Position numbers and translations under genes: made by a program
Notes under the pieces: generated by a model
What the model saw: the letters and a program-made list of their open reading frames with translations, nothing else
What the model was told of the DNA's origin: nothing
Database searches by the model: none
Shown: in pieces, positions 26,775 through 35,700 of the stretch
Numbering within the stretch: position 1 is the first letter of the stretch
Layout of the letters: every line of letters starts with the position of its first letter
Source: Nitrospirota bacterium
GTDB taxonomy: Bacteria; Nitrospirota; Nitrospiria; JACQBZ01
NCBI GenBank assembly: GCA_016201865.1
Contig: JACQCA010000012.1
Location: forward strand, 4,447-68,446
Direction: 5' to 3'
DNA: 64,000 nucleotides

Positions 26775-28618
26775 AATCCTGCGGCTTTGGGTGCCAGCCA
26801 GTGGCTTCCGCCGTCTTCCGTGTAACGAATCACTCCCCCTGTTCCTACCGCCGCCCCATGTTCATGATCCGAGAAATGAACGCTGTAAAAATCATTCGTC
26901 GTGTTTGATTTCTGAAACCGCCATCGCTTTCCGCCGTCTTCGGTCGCCAGAATCACGCCTTTATCTCCCACGATCCAACCGTGCCGGGTATCCGGAAAAT
27001 AGACATCGCCCAGTTTCTCAGTCGTGCCCACCGTCTCCCGGTTCCAGGCGGTTCCACCGTCCGTCGTATGGAGGACAACGCCGTCGCTCCCCACCGTCCA
27101 GCCGTTCTGCGTATCAACGAAATGGATATCGCCGAGCCATTTGCCGTCCGGGGCGCGTTGCATCCGCCAGGTTTTTCCGCCGTCTTCGGTCGAAAGAATC
27201 ACGCCGCCGCGACCGACCGCCCAGCCCCGAAGGTGATCCTGCATAAAAAGTCCGTCCAGCCAATCAGTCGTCCCGCTCTCTTGCTTCTCCCAGGTATCGC
27301 CCCCGTTTCGGGTGTGGAGAATGAGCCCATTGCGTCCGACCGCCCAGCCTGATTGTACATCCACAAACTGAATATCATAAATCCAGTTCTCCGTCGTCCC
27401 GCTGGTTTGTGCGGACCAGTGTCCGCCTCCGTCGCCTGTATGCCAGATCGCCCCGAAACCGCCCACCACCCAGCCGTTCTTCGGATCGATGAACTGAACA
27501 CCGCAGAGCCAGCGCATCGTCTCGATCGGCTGGGCCGTCCATCGTCTCCCGCCGTCCGTGGTATGAAGGATCACCCCGCTGTCTCCTGCCGCCCATCCGT
27601 TTTGAGAATCCGTGAAATGCACGCCGCATAACCAAGCCGCAACCTCCCGGCTTTGAGCGACCCAGGTTTCACCCGCATTGGTGGTATGCCGAATCGTCCC
27701 GCCGCGGCCGACAACCCAACCGTTCTGTCGGTCGGTAAAAAACACACCGAGCCAATTGGACGTCCCGCTGGACTGCAATTTCCACCGTTCTCCGCCATCG
27801 GTGGTATGAAGCACCGTTCCGGCAACACCGACCGACCATCCATGGCGCTCGTCTGCAAAATAGACGCTATAGAGGGAGCGATTGGTTCCGCTCACCTGGG
27901 GCCTCCACGTCCGACCACCGTCGCGGGTCGAGAGAATGACTCCATCCTTGCCCACGGCCCATCCCTGCTGATCATTCAAGAAAAAGACCTCATAAAGCCA
28001 GTCGTCCTGGGCCAGGGTTTCGGTCTTCCAGGTCTCGCCGCCGTCCACCGTATGGAGTATCAATCCGTCCCTCCCCACAATCCATCCCTTGCCCGCATCC
28101 GCAAAGGCAACACTATACAGATTCTTCTGCGTCCCGCTGGCCTGGGGCCGCCAGTGCCGCCCGCCGTCTTCGGTATGGAGAATCGCCCCATCACGTCCCA
28201 CAATCCAACCTTGTTTGGAATCGACAAAATGGAGACTGAAGAGGTGAGTGGTTGTTCCCGCATGCTGGGGCTGCCACCGCTTTCCTCCATCCAGGGACAT
28301 TAAGATGGTCCCGTTGTCGCCGATCGCCCATCCCTCCAGTGGATCCAAGAATTGGACGCCGCCCAGGCCGTTCTGTGTGCCGCTGTCCTGCATCGTCCAG
28401 TTCTCCCCGCCGTCTTCAGTATGAAGGATCAGCCCGCCCTTGCCTACGATCCAGCCTTTGGCCTTATCCAAGAAGAAGACACGATCCAGATCCTGTTGAG
28501 GCCAGGGCGGAGACTCCACCGTCTCGCGCCATAAAACACACCCTGAAGCGAGCGTCATCACAAGAATCATACCGACAAAGAACACAACCCAACGGTCACG
28601 GTCGACCATTTCATTCAA
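26771..28618 (-). CDS. Ycf48-like / BNR-repeat double beta-propeller protein (615 aa, about 14 blades), secreted
   Basis: About 14 repeats of G.ILHT(E/T)DGG..W......GT...L..V.F.D...GW.VG, e.g. LILHTEDGGENWTMQDSGTQNGLGGVQFLD, AILHTEDGGRHWRPQASGTQKNLYSVAFAD, VILSTRDGGRTWRPQVSGTNRSLYSVYFAD. Signal VVFFVGMILVMTLASGC. Confidence 0.7.
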   Translation of the reverse strand: MNEMVDRDRWVVFFVGMILVMTLASGCVLWRETVESPPWPQQDLDRVFFLDKAKGWIVGKGGLILHTEDGGENWTMQDSGTQNGLGGVQFLDPLEGWAIGDNGTILMSLDGGKRWQPQHAGTTTHLFSLHFVDSKQGWIVGRDGAILHTEDGGRHWRPQASGTQKNLYSVAFADAGKGWIVGRDGLILHTVDGGETWKTETLAQDDWLYEVFFLNDQQGWAVGKDGVILSTRDGGRTWRPQVSGTNRSLYSVYFADERHGWSVGVAGTVLHTTDGGERWKLQSSGTSNWLGVFFTDRQNGWVVGRGGTIRHTTNAGETWVAQSREVAAWLCGVHFTDSQNGWAAGDSGVILHTTDGGRRWTAQPIETMRWLCGVQFIDPKNGWVVGGFGAIWHTGDGGGHWSAQTSGTTENWIYDIQFVDVQSGWAVGRNGLILHTRNGGDTWEKQESGTTDWLDGLFMQDHLRGWAVGRGGVILSTEDGGKTWRMQRAPDGKWLGDIHFVDTQNGWTVGSDGVVLHTTDGGTAWNRETVGTTEKLGDVYFPDTRHGWIVGDKGVILATEDGGKRWRFQKSNTTNDFYSVHFSDHEHGAAVGTGGVIRYTEDGGSHWLAPKAAGL

Positions 28619-28630
28619 TCGGCTTTCTTT

Positions 28631-29662
28631 TCATTTCATTAACTGAGCCACTTGCAGCACGGCAATCTCTCCTCGACCCTCGTCATTCACACGCGTAAAT
28701 GCAAGGTCGCGACCGTCCGGGCTCCATGAGAGATAAAGGAAGCTCAAACCGTCGAAGACCTGTTTATCCACATTATATTTAAGCTCATGCGCTCCCAAGG
28801 CGCCCTTTGCAATGCGCCGCTCATTCTTTCCATCACGGTCCATCAGCCAGATATCCCGTCGGCCGTTCCGTTCCGAGACAAAGGCGATATGGCTTCCGTC
28901 CGGGCTCCAGGCCGGGAGAAAGTCCCGGCGGGTTTCCGTTTTCTGGGTCAATTGTTTAATCGTTCGCTCCGCCGTATCAATGATCCAGATATCGCTCTTG
29001 CCGCGCATCGAGGAAACGGCCGCCACGGATTTCCCATCCGGACTCCAAGCCGATACCCAATCGCCGCAGCGGATATTCGGCATCCCCTGGACGTTTCCGC
29101 CGTCCGCATCCATAACCCAAACGAGGACGTCCATGGATCGTGAAGAAACAAAGGCGATGCGTTTTCCATCCGGACTCCAGACGGGGGCGATATCCAGTCC
29201 ATTGAATTGTGTCAGCTGGCGGTTGTCGGTCCCGTCTAATTTCATGCTCCAGATATCCCAATTTCCGCTGCGATCCGACGCGTAAGCCAGCCGGGCGCCG
29301 TCCGGACTCCAAGAAGCAAAACGCTCATTGCTCGGATTATTCGTGATCTGCTTGAGCCCTGTCCCATCCCGGTTTATCGTCCAGATATCCCAATTTCCGG
29401 CCAGATCGCTTTCAAAAGCCAATGCCTTGCCGTCCGGGCTCCAGACCGGATGAATCGCGTTGGCCGGCAATGCACGGATCGGCATCACGGTCGCATTGCT
29501 CCACGCACAGCCCGCAATCAGCAAAAGAGGGATGAGGTATAAGGAGTAAGTGATCAGCGCATGGCTGATATTCGACCCGGACTTGATCTTTAGATGTCTT
29601 AACCCCTTCATTTTTGTTTCCCTCCTCATCCCGCGGCTTTTGCGTCGCTTCACGGCTGCCAT
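28631..29662 (-). CDS. WD40-like/PD40 beta-propeller protein, secreted (343 aa)
   Basis: Signal-anchor ITYSLYLIPLLLIAGCAWS (lipobox-like). Blades WSPDGKALAFESDLAGNWDIWTINRDGTGLKQIT, WSPDGARLAYASDRSGNWDIWSMKLDGTDNRQLT. Confidence 0.75.
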   Translation of the reverse strand: MAAVKRRKSRGMRRETKMKGLRHLKIKSGSNISHALITYSLYLIPLLLIAGCAWSNATVMPIRALPANAIHPVWSPDGKALAFESDLAGNWDIWTINRDGTGLKQITNNPSNERFASWSPDGARLAYASDRSGNWDIWSMKLDGTDNRQLTQFNGLDIAPVWSPDGKRIAFVSSRSMDVLVWVMDADGGNVQGMPNIRCGDWVSAWSPDGKSVAAVSSMRGKSDIWIIDTAERTIKQLTQKTETRRDFLPAWSPDGSHIAFVSERNGRRDIWLMDRDGKNERRIAKGALGAHELKYNVDKQVFDGLSFLYLSWSPDGRDLAFTRVNDEGRGEIAVLQVAQLMK

Positions 29663-30717
29663 CGGGGCGCACTGACCTCGCTACGGTTGAACGTCAACCG
29701 TTGCGGGTGATCCCCATTCGCATCCATGACGTAAACTTCCTCCGCACCGTCCCGGTTGGAGACAAAGGCGATCCGCTTCCCGTCCGGAGACCAGACCGGC
29801 TGGATATCCGCCGCCGGGTGTCGGGAAAGGTTCTTCACGTCGGAACCGTCCCGATTCATCGCATAGATCTCGCTGTTTCCGTCTCGCGTCGTTGTGAAGA
29901 GGATCTGCCGACCGTCCGGAGACCAGACCTGCATCCCCATTTGCTCATCTGATTTTGTCCGTGTCACGTTGCGCGGCCGGGAGCCGTCGGCATTCATCAC
30001 GTAGATCTCCCAGTTTCCATCCCGGTTCATGTCCCGATCGGTTCCCCAAGCAATCAGCATGCCGTCCGGAGACCAGGAATGGAAGCCCCGGCCGTCCTCG
30101 GCGGGATTCTGGGTGAGATTGATCGGATGGCCTCCATCGGCATCCATGGTATAGATCTCATAGTTGTCGTCCCGTCGGGAGACAAAGGCGATCTTCGATC
30201 CGTCCGGAGACCAGTGGGGGCTGTAATCCCGCGCTTCATTTCGGGTCAGTCGGCTCGGATGGCTGCCGTCGGCCGCCATCGAATAGATCTCTTGATTCCC
30301 GTCCCGATCCGAGACAAAGGCCAAGCGTCCCCCATCGGGAGACCACATCGGGTTATAGTCCTGTGCGCCGTTCCGCGTCAGGTTCGTCGGGTGCGAACCA
30401 TCGGCATTCATGATATAGATCTCTTTGTTTCCATCACGCTCCGAAACGAAGACGATCTTCTTTCCATCCGGGGACCAAAACGGGGAGCGGTTTTCGGCCT
30501 GGGTGTCGGTCAGACGCACGGCGTCTGTACCGTCGGCATTCATCATGTAGATTTCCCATTGACCGCTTTGCTTGGATTCGTAAACGATCTTTTTCTCTCC
30601 GGCCGCAACCGGGTTCGACAGAAACAGCACAACGGCGCCGATGATTAGCACCCCAAGACCCAAAGCGGATGCCCGACCGGCACGGCCTACCATTAAAATG
30701 TCCTTCATCGTTTTCAC
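29650..30717 (-). CDS. TolB-like PD40 beta-propeller protein, secreted (355 aa)
   Basis: Signal LGVLIIGAVVLFLSNPVAA. Blades SGQWEIYMMNADGTDAVRLT, DGNKEIYIMNADGSHPTNLT, DGNQEIYSMAADGSHPSRLT, DDNYEIYTMDADGGHPINLT, DGNSEIYAMNRDGSDVKNLS. Confidence 0.8.
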   Translation of the reverse strand: MKTMKDILMVGRAGRASALGLGVLIIGAVVLFLSNPVAAGEKKIVYESKQSGQWEIYMMNADGTDAVRLTDTQAENRSPFWSPDGKKIVFVSERDGNKEIYIMNADGSHPTNLTRNGAQDYNPMWSPDGGRLAFVSDRDGNQEIYSMAADGSHPSRLTRNEARDYSPHWSPDGSKIAFVSRRDDNYEIYTMDADGGHPINLTQNPAEDGRGFHSWSPDGMLIAWGTDRDMNRDGNWEIYVMNADGSRPRNVTRTKSDEQMGMQVWSPDGRQILFTTTRDGNSEIYAMNRDGSDVKNLSRHPAADIQPVWSPDGKRIAFVSNRDGAEEVYVMDANGDHPQRLTFNRSEVSAPRWQP

Positions 30718-30746
30718 TCCTTTATATATGCCTCAGGATATATGCC

Positions 30747-32966
30747 TCAGGGTTGCCAACGGGGGTAGTCTTCCCTCGTCCGCGTAAAGGTCAATTGGAC
30801 TTGATGCCTGCCGTCTGTATCCATGACATAGATCTCGTCAAAACCGGTCCGATTGGATACAAACGTCACCTTCTCCCCATCCGGGGACCAGAGCGGGACA
30901 TCATCCATCGCCGGGTTTCTCGAAAGATTCAAGGAACCGGTTCCATCCCCATTGACGACATACACCTCTTCGTTGTTGTCCCGGTTCGAAATAAAGGCGA
31001 TCTGTTGACCGTCCGGGGACCACACAAACATCCCGATCCCTTCCTCGGCCGGATGATGAGTCACATTGATTGGTTTAGAACCGTCCGCATTCATCACATA
31101 AATCTCCCAGTTTCCATCCCGGTTTGTAACCCAGGCAATCTTGGACCCGTCCGGCGACCAGGAATGACTTCCGCGGCCGTCTTCGGCGGAGTTTTTCGTC
31201 AGGTCTGTTTGCTCCGCTCCGTCCGGGTTCATGAGGTAGATCTCATTATTGCCGTCGCGATTGGAAACGAAGGCCACTCTTTTACCATCCGGAGACCAGT
31301 TGGGATTCCAGTTATCACCGGCCGCGGTCAAGCGGGATTGGCGCCGTCCTTCCGTGTCCATACGGTAGATCTCACGATGACTGTCCCGCTTGGAAACGAA
31401 TGTGATCCATTGACCGTCTGGCGACATGGAGGGACTGAAATCCTGTCCCTCGCTGCGGGTGAGGTTGCGCTGATCCGACCCGTCCGCATTCATCAGATAG
31501 ACTTCTTTATTCCCATCGCGGTCCGAAACAAATAGAATCGTACGCCCATCAGGAGACCAAAAGGGGGCCCGATTCTCAGCACGGGTATACGTCAGGCGGA
31601 CCTGGCCGGTCCCGTCTGCATTCATGAGATAGATTTCCCAGTTCCCGGATCGCCGCGATTCGAAGACGATCTTATGGCCCGGATCAGGCCGTAGAGAACC
31701 GCTGTGCTGAGCATCCGAGAATGTTCCGGCCAAGGCTTTATGGGCTCCGGTCTTCGCCGTCTCTCCTCGATCGAGAACGGTAAAAGCAAACGGAGCAAGA
31801 AACAGAACCGCAAAGAGGGCCGACACAAACGGGATATGTTTGATCCGACCTTTCTCTTTTTCTCTGCGCCATCGATACAGCATGCGCCGCAACCCTCTTG
31901 GGAAAATTCCCTTCACCGCCCCGAGCATGACGGTCGAAACGACTTTATAATGATCGGCGTCAATCACCGAAACGCTCGATGAGCCCTGGTTCACCACATA
32001 AATCGTCCTTCCATCCGGAGAAACGGTGATGTCCCATGGATCCTTTCCCACCGTAATCTTCTTGACGACCTTCTCCTGCACCGTATCGAGAACCGAGATC
32101 TCATTGGCGTCGCGGTGCGCGATGTAAAGATAGCGGCCGTCCGGCGATAGGGCCAGTCCGCCGGGATAGCTCCCGACCTTTACCATTTTCCGCATTTGGT
32201 TCGTTCGAGTATCCAAAATCGCAATTTCACCGCTGTCCTCAATCGCCGCATAGGCCGTCTTTCCATCCGGCGCCATCACAATATCCCTCGGCCCCCGAAG
32301 GACCTCTTCGCCATCCGGCAGGATGACGGTCCGAGCCGCATCGGAACTCGGATCCTTCAAGTCCAATCGGGCTTTAACGGCGCCGGTGGCCGTATCCACG
32401 ACGCGAATCGAATAGAAATCGGTTACGTAAACGGATTTTCCATCCGGCGTCATCGCCACATTCTGCGGCCCCACGCCGAGCGGAACGCGTTTCTTGACGG
32501 TACGGCTGGCCAGATCCACGATGGACAGGTTATTGCCGGATTCGGTCGCCACGTAGATCGTCCTCCCGTCCGGCGAGACGGCCATCCCGCCCGGATCCAT
32601 ATAACCGCCCTTTTCATCCTTTAATGAAATCTTGGCCCGGATGCTGTTGGAACGGGTGTCCACCACCGCGATCGCATCCGCCTCGCCCAACGCCACATAG
32701 AAATCCCGTCCATCTTGAGTAATGAAGCCGCCGCAGGGGGGAGAGTCGATCGACACCTTGCGGACCTGCGCGGGATCATTCCGGTCAATGATGTAGAACT
32801 GCCGGAGGCCTTTCAACGTCACGAAGAGTTGGGTCGGCCCATAAATGATCCGGCTGGCCGTATGCTTGGCCCAGACCGCGTCGGAACTTTGGAGCACAAG
32901 GCCCGCAGCAAAAATCATCCAGAGAAAGATCGTCTTCCGAGCCCTTATCTTCCCCATGACACCCAT
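30747..32966 (-). CDS. in-frame fusion ORF: N-terminal YVTN propeller (~350 aa) joined without a stop to a complete TolB-like PD40 propeller module carrying its own signal peptide
   Basis: The N-terminal half has YVTN-type blades (YVATESGNNLSIVD, YVTDFYSIRVVD, YIAHRDANEISVLD, YVVNQGSSSVSVID). At residue ~362 an internal Met (ATG ~31883, preceded by AGAGGG) opens MLYRWRREKEKGRIKHIPFVSALFAVLFLAPFAFTVL, a full signal peptide. PD40 blades follow (SGNWEIYLMNADGTGQVRLTY, DGNKEVYLMNADGSDQRNLT, DGNNEIYLMNPDGAEQTDLT...). Each half matches the size of the stand-alone paralogs. Confidence 0.6.
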   Translation of the reverse strand: MGVMGKIRARKTIFLWMIFAAGLVLQSSDAVWAKHTASRIIYGPTQLFVTLKGLRQFYIIDRNDPAQVRKVSIDSPPCGGFITQDGRDFYVALGEADAIAVVDTRSNSIRAKISLKDEKGGYMDPGGMAVSPDGRTIYVATESGNNLSIVDLASRTVKKRVPLGVGPQNVAMTPDGKSVYVTDFYSIRVVDTATGAVKARLDLKDPSSDAARTVILPDGEEVLRGPRDIVMAPDGKTAYAAIEDSGEIAILDTRTNQMRKMVKVGSYPGGLALSPDGRYLYIAHRDANEISVLDTVQEKVVKKITVGKDPWDITVSPDGRTIYVVNQGSSSVSVIDADHYKVVSTVMLGAVKGIFPRGLRRMLYRWRREKEKGRIKHIPFVSALFAVLFLAPFAFTVLDRGETAKTGAHKALAGTFSDAQHSGSLRPDPGHKIVFESRRSGNWEIYLMNADGTGQVRLTYTRAENRAPFWSPDGRTILFVSDRDGNKEVYLMNADGSDQRNLTRSEGQDFSPSMSPDGQWITFVSKRDSHREIYRMDTEGRRQSRLTAAGDNWNPNWSPDGKRVAFVSNRDGNNEIYLMNPDGAEQTDLTKNSAEDGRGSHSWSPDGSKIAWVTNRDGNWEIYVMNADGSKPINVTHHPAEEGIGMFVWSPDGQQIAFISNRDNNEEVYVVNGDGTGSLNLSRNPAMDDVPLWSPDGEKVTFVSNRTGFDEIYVMDTDGRHQVQLTFTRTREDYPRWQP

Positions 32967-34006
32967 TTCTCCTCCGCATCGGTATGCGTCAATCGTCGCG
33001 GGCGAGACCCGTCCCGGTCCATGACATAGACCTCCGAATTCCCATCCCGTGTTGAAGTAAACGCGATCTGTCTTCCGTCCGGAGACCAGACCGGCCAGAA
33101 ATGATCGCCAGGAGCGGTCGTCAGCGGCGTGAGTTCCGAGCCGTCCGGTCTTATCCGGTAAATTTCCTGGCGGCCGCTTCGATCGGACACAAAAAGAAGA
33201 TCGCGGCCGTCCGGAGACCAGACCGGTCCGTCATCCGCGGCCGGATGGTTCGTCGCGTTCCGCGCCCCGGATCCGTCGGACGCCATGACATAGATCTCGC
33301 GATTCGCGTCCCGTTCCGAAACGAACGCGATCTGTCTTCCGTCCGGAGACCAGACGTGGCTGTCCATGCCGTCGCTCGCCGAGTTGTACGTCAGCCGGAT
33401 CTGATTGGAACCGTCACGGTTCATGACATACACCTCAGGGTTTCCATCGCGGGTCGAGACAAACAGAATTTTCGTTCCATCCGGAGACCAAACCGGGATG
33501 GCATCCATGGCCGGGTCATGAGTCAATCGCCGCTCATGAAGCAAGGATGTTCGTTCATCGCCGCCGACGTCCACCGCGTAGATCTCTTCATTCCCATCGC
33601 GCAAGGATGTAAAGACGATCCGCTCCCCCTCCGGCGACCAGTCCGGATCCTCCTCATCGGCCTCGGTGTAGGTCAGCCGCGTCTGCCCTGTGCCGTCGGC
33701 CCGCATCAGATAAAGCTCCTTGTTGCCGTCACGGGTCGAGATGAAGGCGATGCGCGTCCCATCCGGAGACCCGGCCGGCCAGATGTCATCCCCGCGGCTT
33801 CGGGTCAGTCGTTCTTCTTTTCCGGTCGTCGCATCCATGAGATAAATTTCCCAGTCTCCGTCCCGGTTAGAACCGTAAACAAGTCGCGCATGGGGAGCAG
33901 GAGATTCGGAATGGATCCGAACCCCCATGCAGCCTGCCATCATCAATCCCAAAACCCCCAACCATTTCAGCACCGCTCTCGACTCTCGACTCACACTATT
34001 TGTCAA
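32945..34006 (-). CDS. TolB-like PD40 beta-propeller lipoprotein (353 aa)
   Basis: Lipobox LMMAGCMG. Blades DGDWEIYLMDATTGKEERLT, DGNKELYLMRADGTGQTRLTY, DGNEEIYAVDVGGD, DGNPEVYVMNRDGSNQIRLTY, DGNSEVYVMDRDGSRPRRLTH. Confidence 0.8.
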   Translation of the reverse strand: MTNSVSRESRAVLKWLGVLGLMMAGCMGVRIHSESPAPHARLVYGSNRDGDWEIYLMDATTGKEERLTRSRGDDIWPAGSPDGTRIAFISTRDGNKELYLMRADGTGQTRLTYTEADEEDPDWSPEGERIVFTSLRDGNEEIYAVDVGGDERTSLLHERRLTHDPAMDAIPVWSPDGTKILFVSTRDGNPEVYVMNRDGSNQIRLTYNSASDGMDSHVWSPDGRQIAFVSERDANREIYVMASDGSGARNATNHPAADDGPVWSPDGRDLLFVSDRSGRQEIYRIRPDGSELTPLTTAPGDHFWPVWSPDGRQIAFTSTRDGNSEVYVMDRDGSRPRRLTHTDAEEKWVSWGR

Positions 34007-34872
34007 TCCTTAGCGCATCGAAACCCGTAGGTATAATCCGAGTGCCAACCGTCCGCCTCACGGGGCCCGACGGTCGGAAGAACCGCTAATCGCGCGGCGG
34101 TTCTTGAAAAAGCGGCGTCGGTTAAATACGATCCGCCCCGGATGATCTTGAACGATCCGGACCCGCTCACGGCTCGCGCGGTGTTGCCCGGATAGGACCG
34201 ATAGACCGTCGCCGTCCATTCTCTTACGTTGCCGGCCATATCGTACACACCGTACGGGCTGAGATCCTCCGGATGACTCCCAACCGGCGCCTTCCAACCC
34301 TTCACTCCGTAATGCTCTTGTCCTTCCGGCGACTTCCAGCGCGCACTGGTCTCCAAGGTATTCGCGCGACCGGGTTCAAACCGATTGCCCCACGGCCAGA
34401 GACGCCCATCCGTCCCCCGCGCGGCCTTTTCCCATTCCGCCTCGGTCGGCAGGCGTTTCCCGGCCCACCGGCAGTATTCGACCGCATCAAACCAGTCCAC
34501 ATCCGATACGGGATAGGTTTCATATCCTTCCGGAAAGGAATCCTCGCGGCCCGCTTCCTTCCAATAACCCGGATACTTTTTTGAGCCGGTCGCCTTCAAA
34601 AATTGAAGATACTCCGCCTCCGTAATCTCATAGCGGTCGATATAAAACGACCGAACATACATCTTTTGCTGCGGGAGCTCATCCACCCCGATCTCAAATC
34701 CGATCTTCCCATCCCGGTCGGTGCTGCCGATCAGAAACGAACCGCCGGGGACATAGACCATAGGAGTCATAGGAGTCGCAGAGCGAGGGTTCGGAACGGC
34801 GGGGGTCATAAAGACACACCCTCCCAGAACCGGCCACAAAAGCAGCATCGTTAACCGGATTCTTTTTCTCAT
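34003..34872 (-). CDS. FGE-sulfatase (formylglycine-generating enzyme) fold protein, secreted, lacking the catalytic Cys pair (289 aa)
   Basis: Signal LTMLLLWPVLGGC. Diagnostic FGE-family motifs RLPTEAEWEKAARGTDGRLWPWGN and IRGGSY. The C-terminal region reads RGGSYLTDAAFSRTAARL, without the CxxxxC of catalytic FGEs; it ends GFRCAKD. Confidence 0.8.
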   Translation of the reverse strand: MRKRIRLTMLLLWPVLGGCVFMTPAVPNPRSATPMTPMVYVPGGSFLIGSTDRDGKIGFEIGVDELPQQKMYVRSFYIDRYEITEAEYLQFLKATGSKKYPGYWKEAGREDSFPEGYETYPVSDVDWFDAVEYCRWAGKRLPTEAEWEKAARGTDGRLWPWGNRFEPGRANTLETSARWKSPEGQEHYGVKGWKAPVGSHPEDLSPYGVYDMAGNVREWTATVYRSYPGNTARAVSGSGSFKIIRGGSYLTDAAFSRTAARLAVLPTVGPREADGWHSDYTYGFRCAKD

Positions 34873-35700
34873 CTAATTCGCATCCTTCGCGCACCGGAAA
34901 CCGAAATCCGGCTGGGCGAGATCGGCCAGCCGGTAATGCCGGTGGGCCGCACGCGCAAACGGATTCGCCGGCATTTCCCATGAACCGCCCCGCAGGATCC
35001 GAAATTTCTTGTCCGGCGCAATCGTCCGGGGTGATCCCGGATAGGATTTTAGAATTGACGCGGTCCATTCCATCGCATTCCCGGCCAGATCAAATACTCC
35101 ATAGGAACTGGCGCCTTCCGGAAGGCTTCCGACCGGCGTCGTCCAGTTACGTTTCGAGTCCTCGGTGTTCATCCGCTTTAAATCCAGTTCATTCCCCCAA
35201 GGCCAGATCCGGCCGTCCGTCCCGCGCGCCGCCTTTTCCCATTCCTCCTCGGTCGGCAAGCGTTTCCCCGCCCATCGGCAGTAGGCCTCGGCATCATAGA
35301 AGTTCACGTCGATCACCGGGTGATGATCCTCCGGCGCCGGATAACCGAATTCCTTGTAGTCCTTCCAGATCGCCGGAGATTCATGACCGGTTGCGGTCAC
35401 GAACGGCCGATACGATCCGACCGAGACCTCATAACGATCGATCCAGAACGCTTTGACGGAAACCGCATGCTTCGGCATGGAATCCACCCCCACTTCGAAT
35501 CCGATCTTGCCGTCGTTCGCGTCGCTCCCCATCATGAATTCACCGGCCGGAATAAGCGCCATGTCCGACGGCGGCGGGGATGCGGAAGCGGCATCAGCAT
35601 ACTGTTGAAGTATTAAACCGGCCGAAAGCATGATCCATACTCCCACCCCCGCACCCCTTAATACTTCAACCCTTGGACTCATTTTAGATCCGCCGCGCAC
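34873..35700 (-). CDS. FGE-sulfatase fold protein, secreted, non-catalytic paralog (about 270 aa)
   Basis: RLPTEEEWEKAARGTDGRIWPWGN, LRGGSW...FARAAHRHYR, no Cys pair, ends FGFRCAKD. The likely start is the Met at ~35682 (MSPRVEVLRGAGVGVWIMLSAGLILQQYADAA), overlapping the upstream gene by 4 nt. Confidence 0.8.
   Translation of the reverse strand: MRGGSKMSPRVEVLRGAGVGVWIMLSAGLILQQYADAASASPPPSDMALIPAGEFMMGSDANDGKIGFEVGVDSMPKHAVSVKAFWIDRYEVSVGSYRPFVTATGHESPAIWKDYKEFGYPAPEDHHPVIDVNFYDAEAYCRWAGKRLPTEEEWEKAARGTDGRIWPWGNELDLKRMNTEDSKRNWTTPVGSLPEGASSYGVFDLAGNAMEWTASILKSYPGSPRTIAPDKKFRILRGGSWEMPANPFARAAHRHYRLADLAQPDFGFRCAKDAN

Noticed and set aside
13080-34006. Calling the PD40 propeller genes tolB
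   Set aside because: They lack the TolB N-terminal domain, carry lipoboxes, occur in about 15 paralogous copies, and have no tolQRA/pal neighbours. Only the fold is shared.
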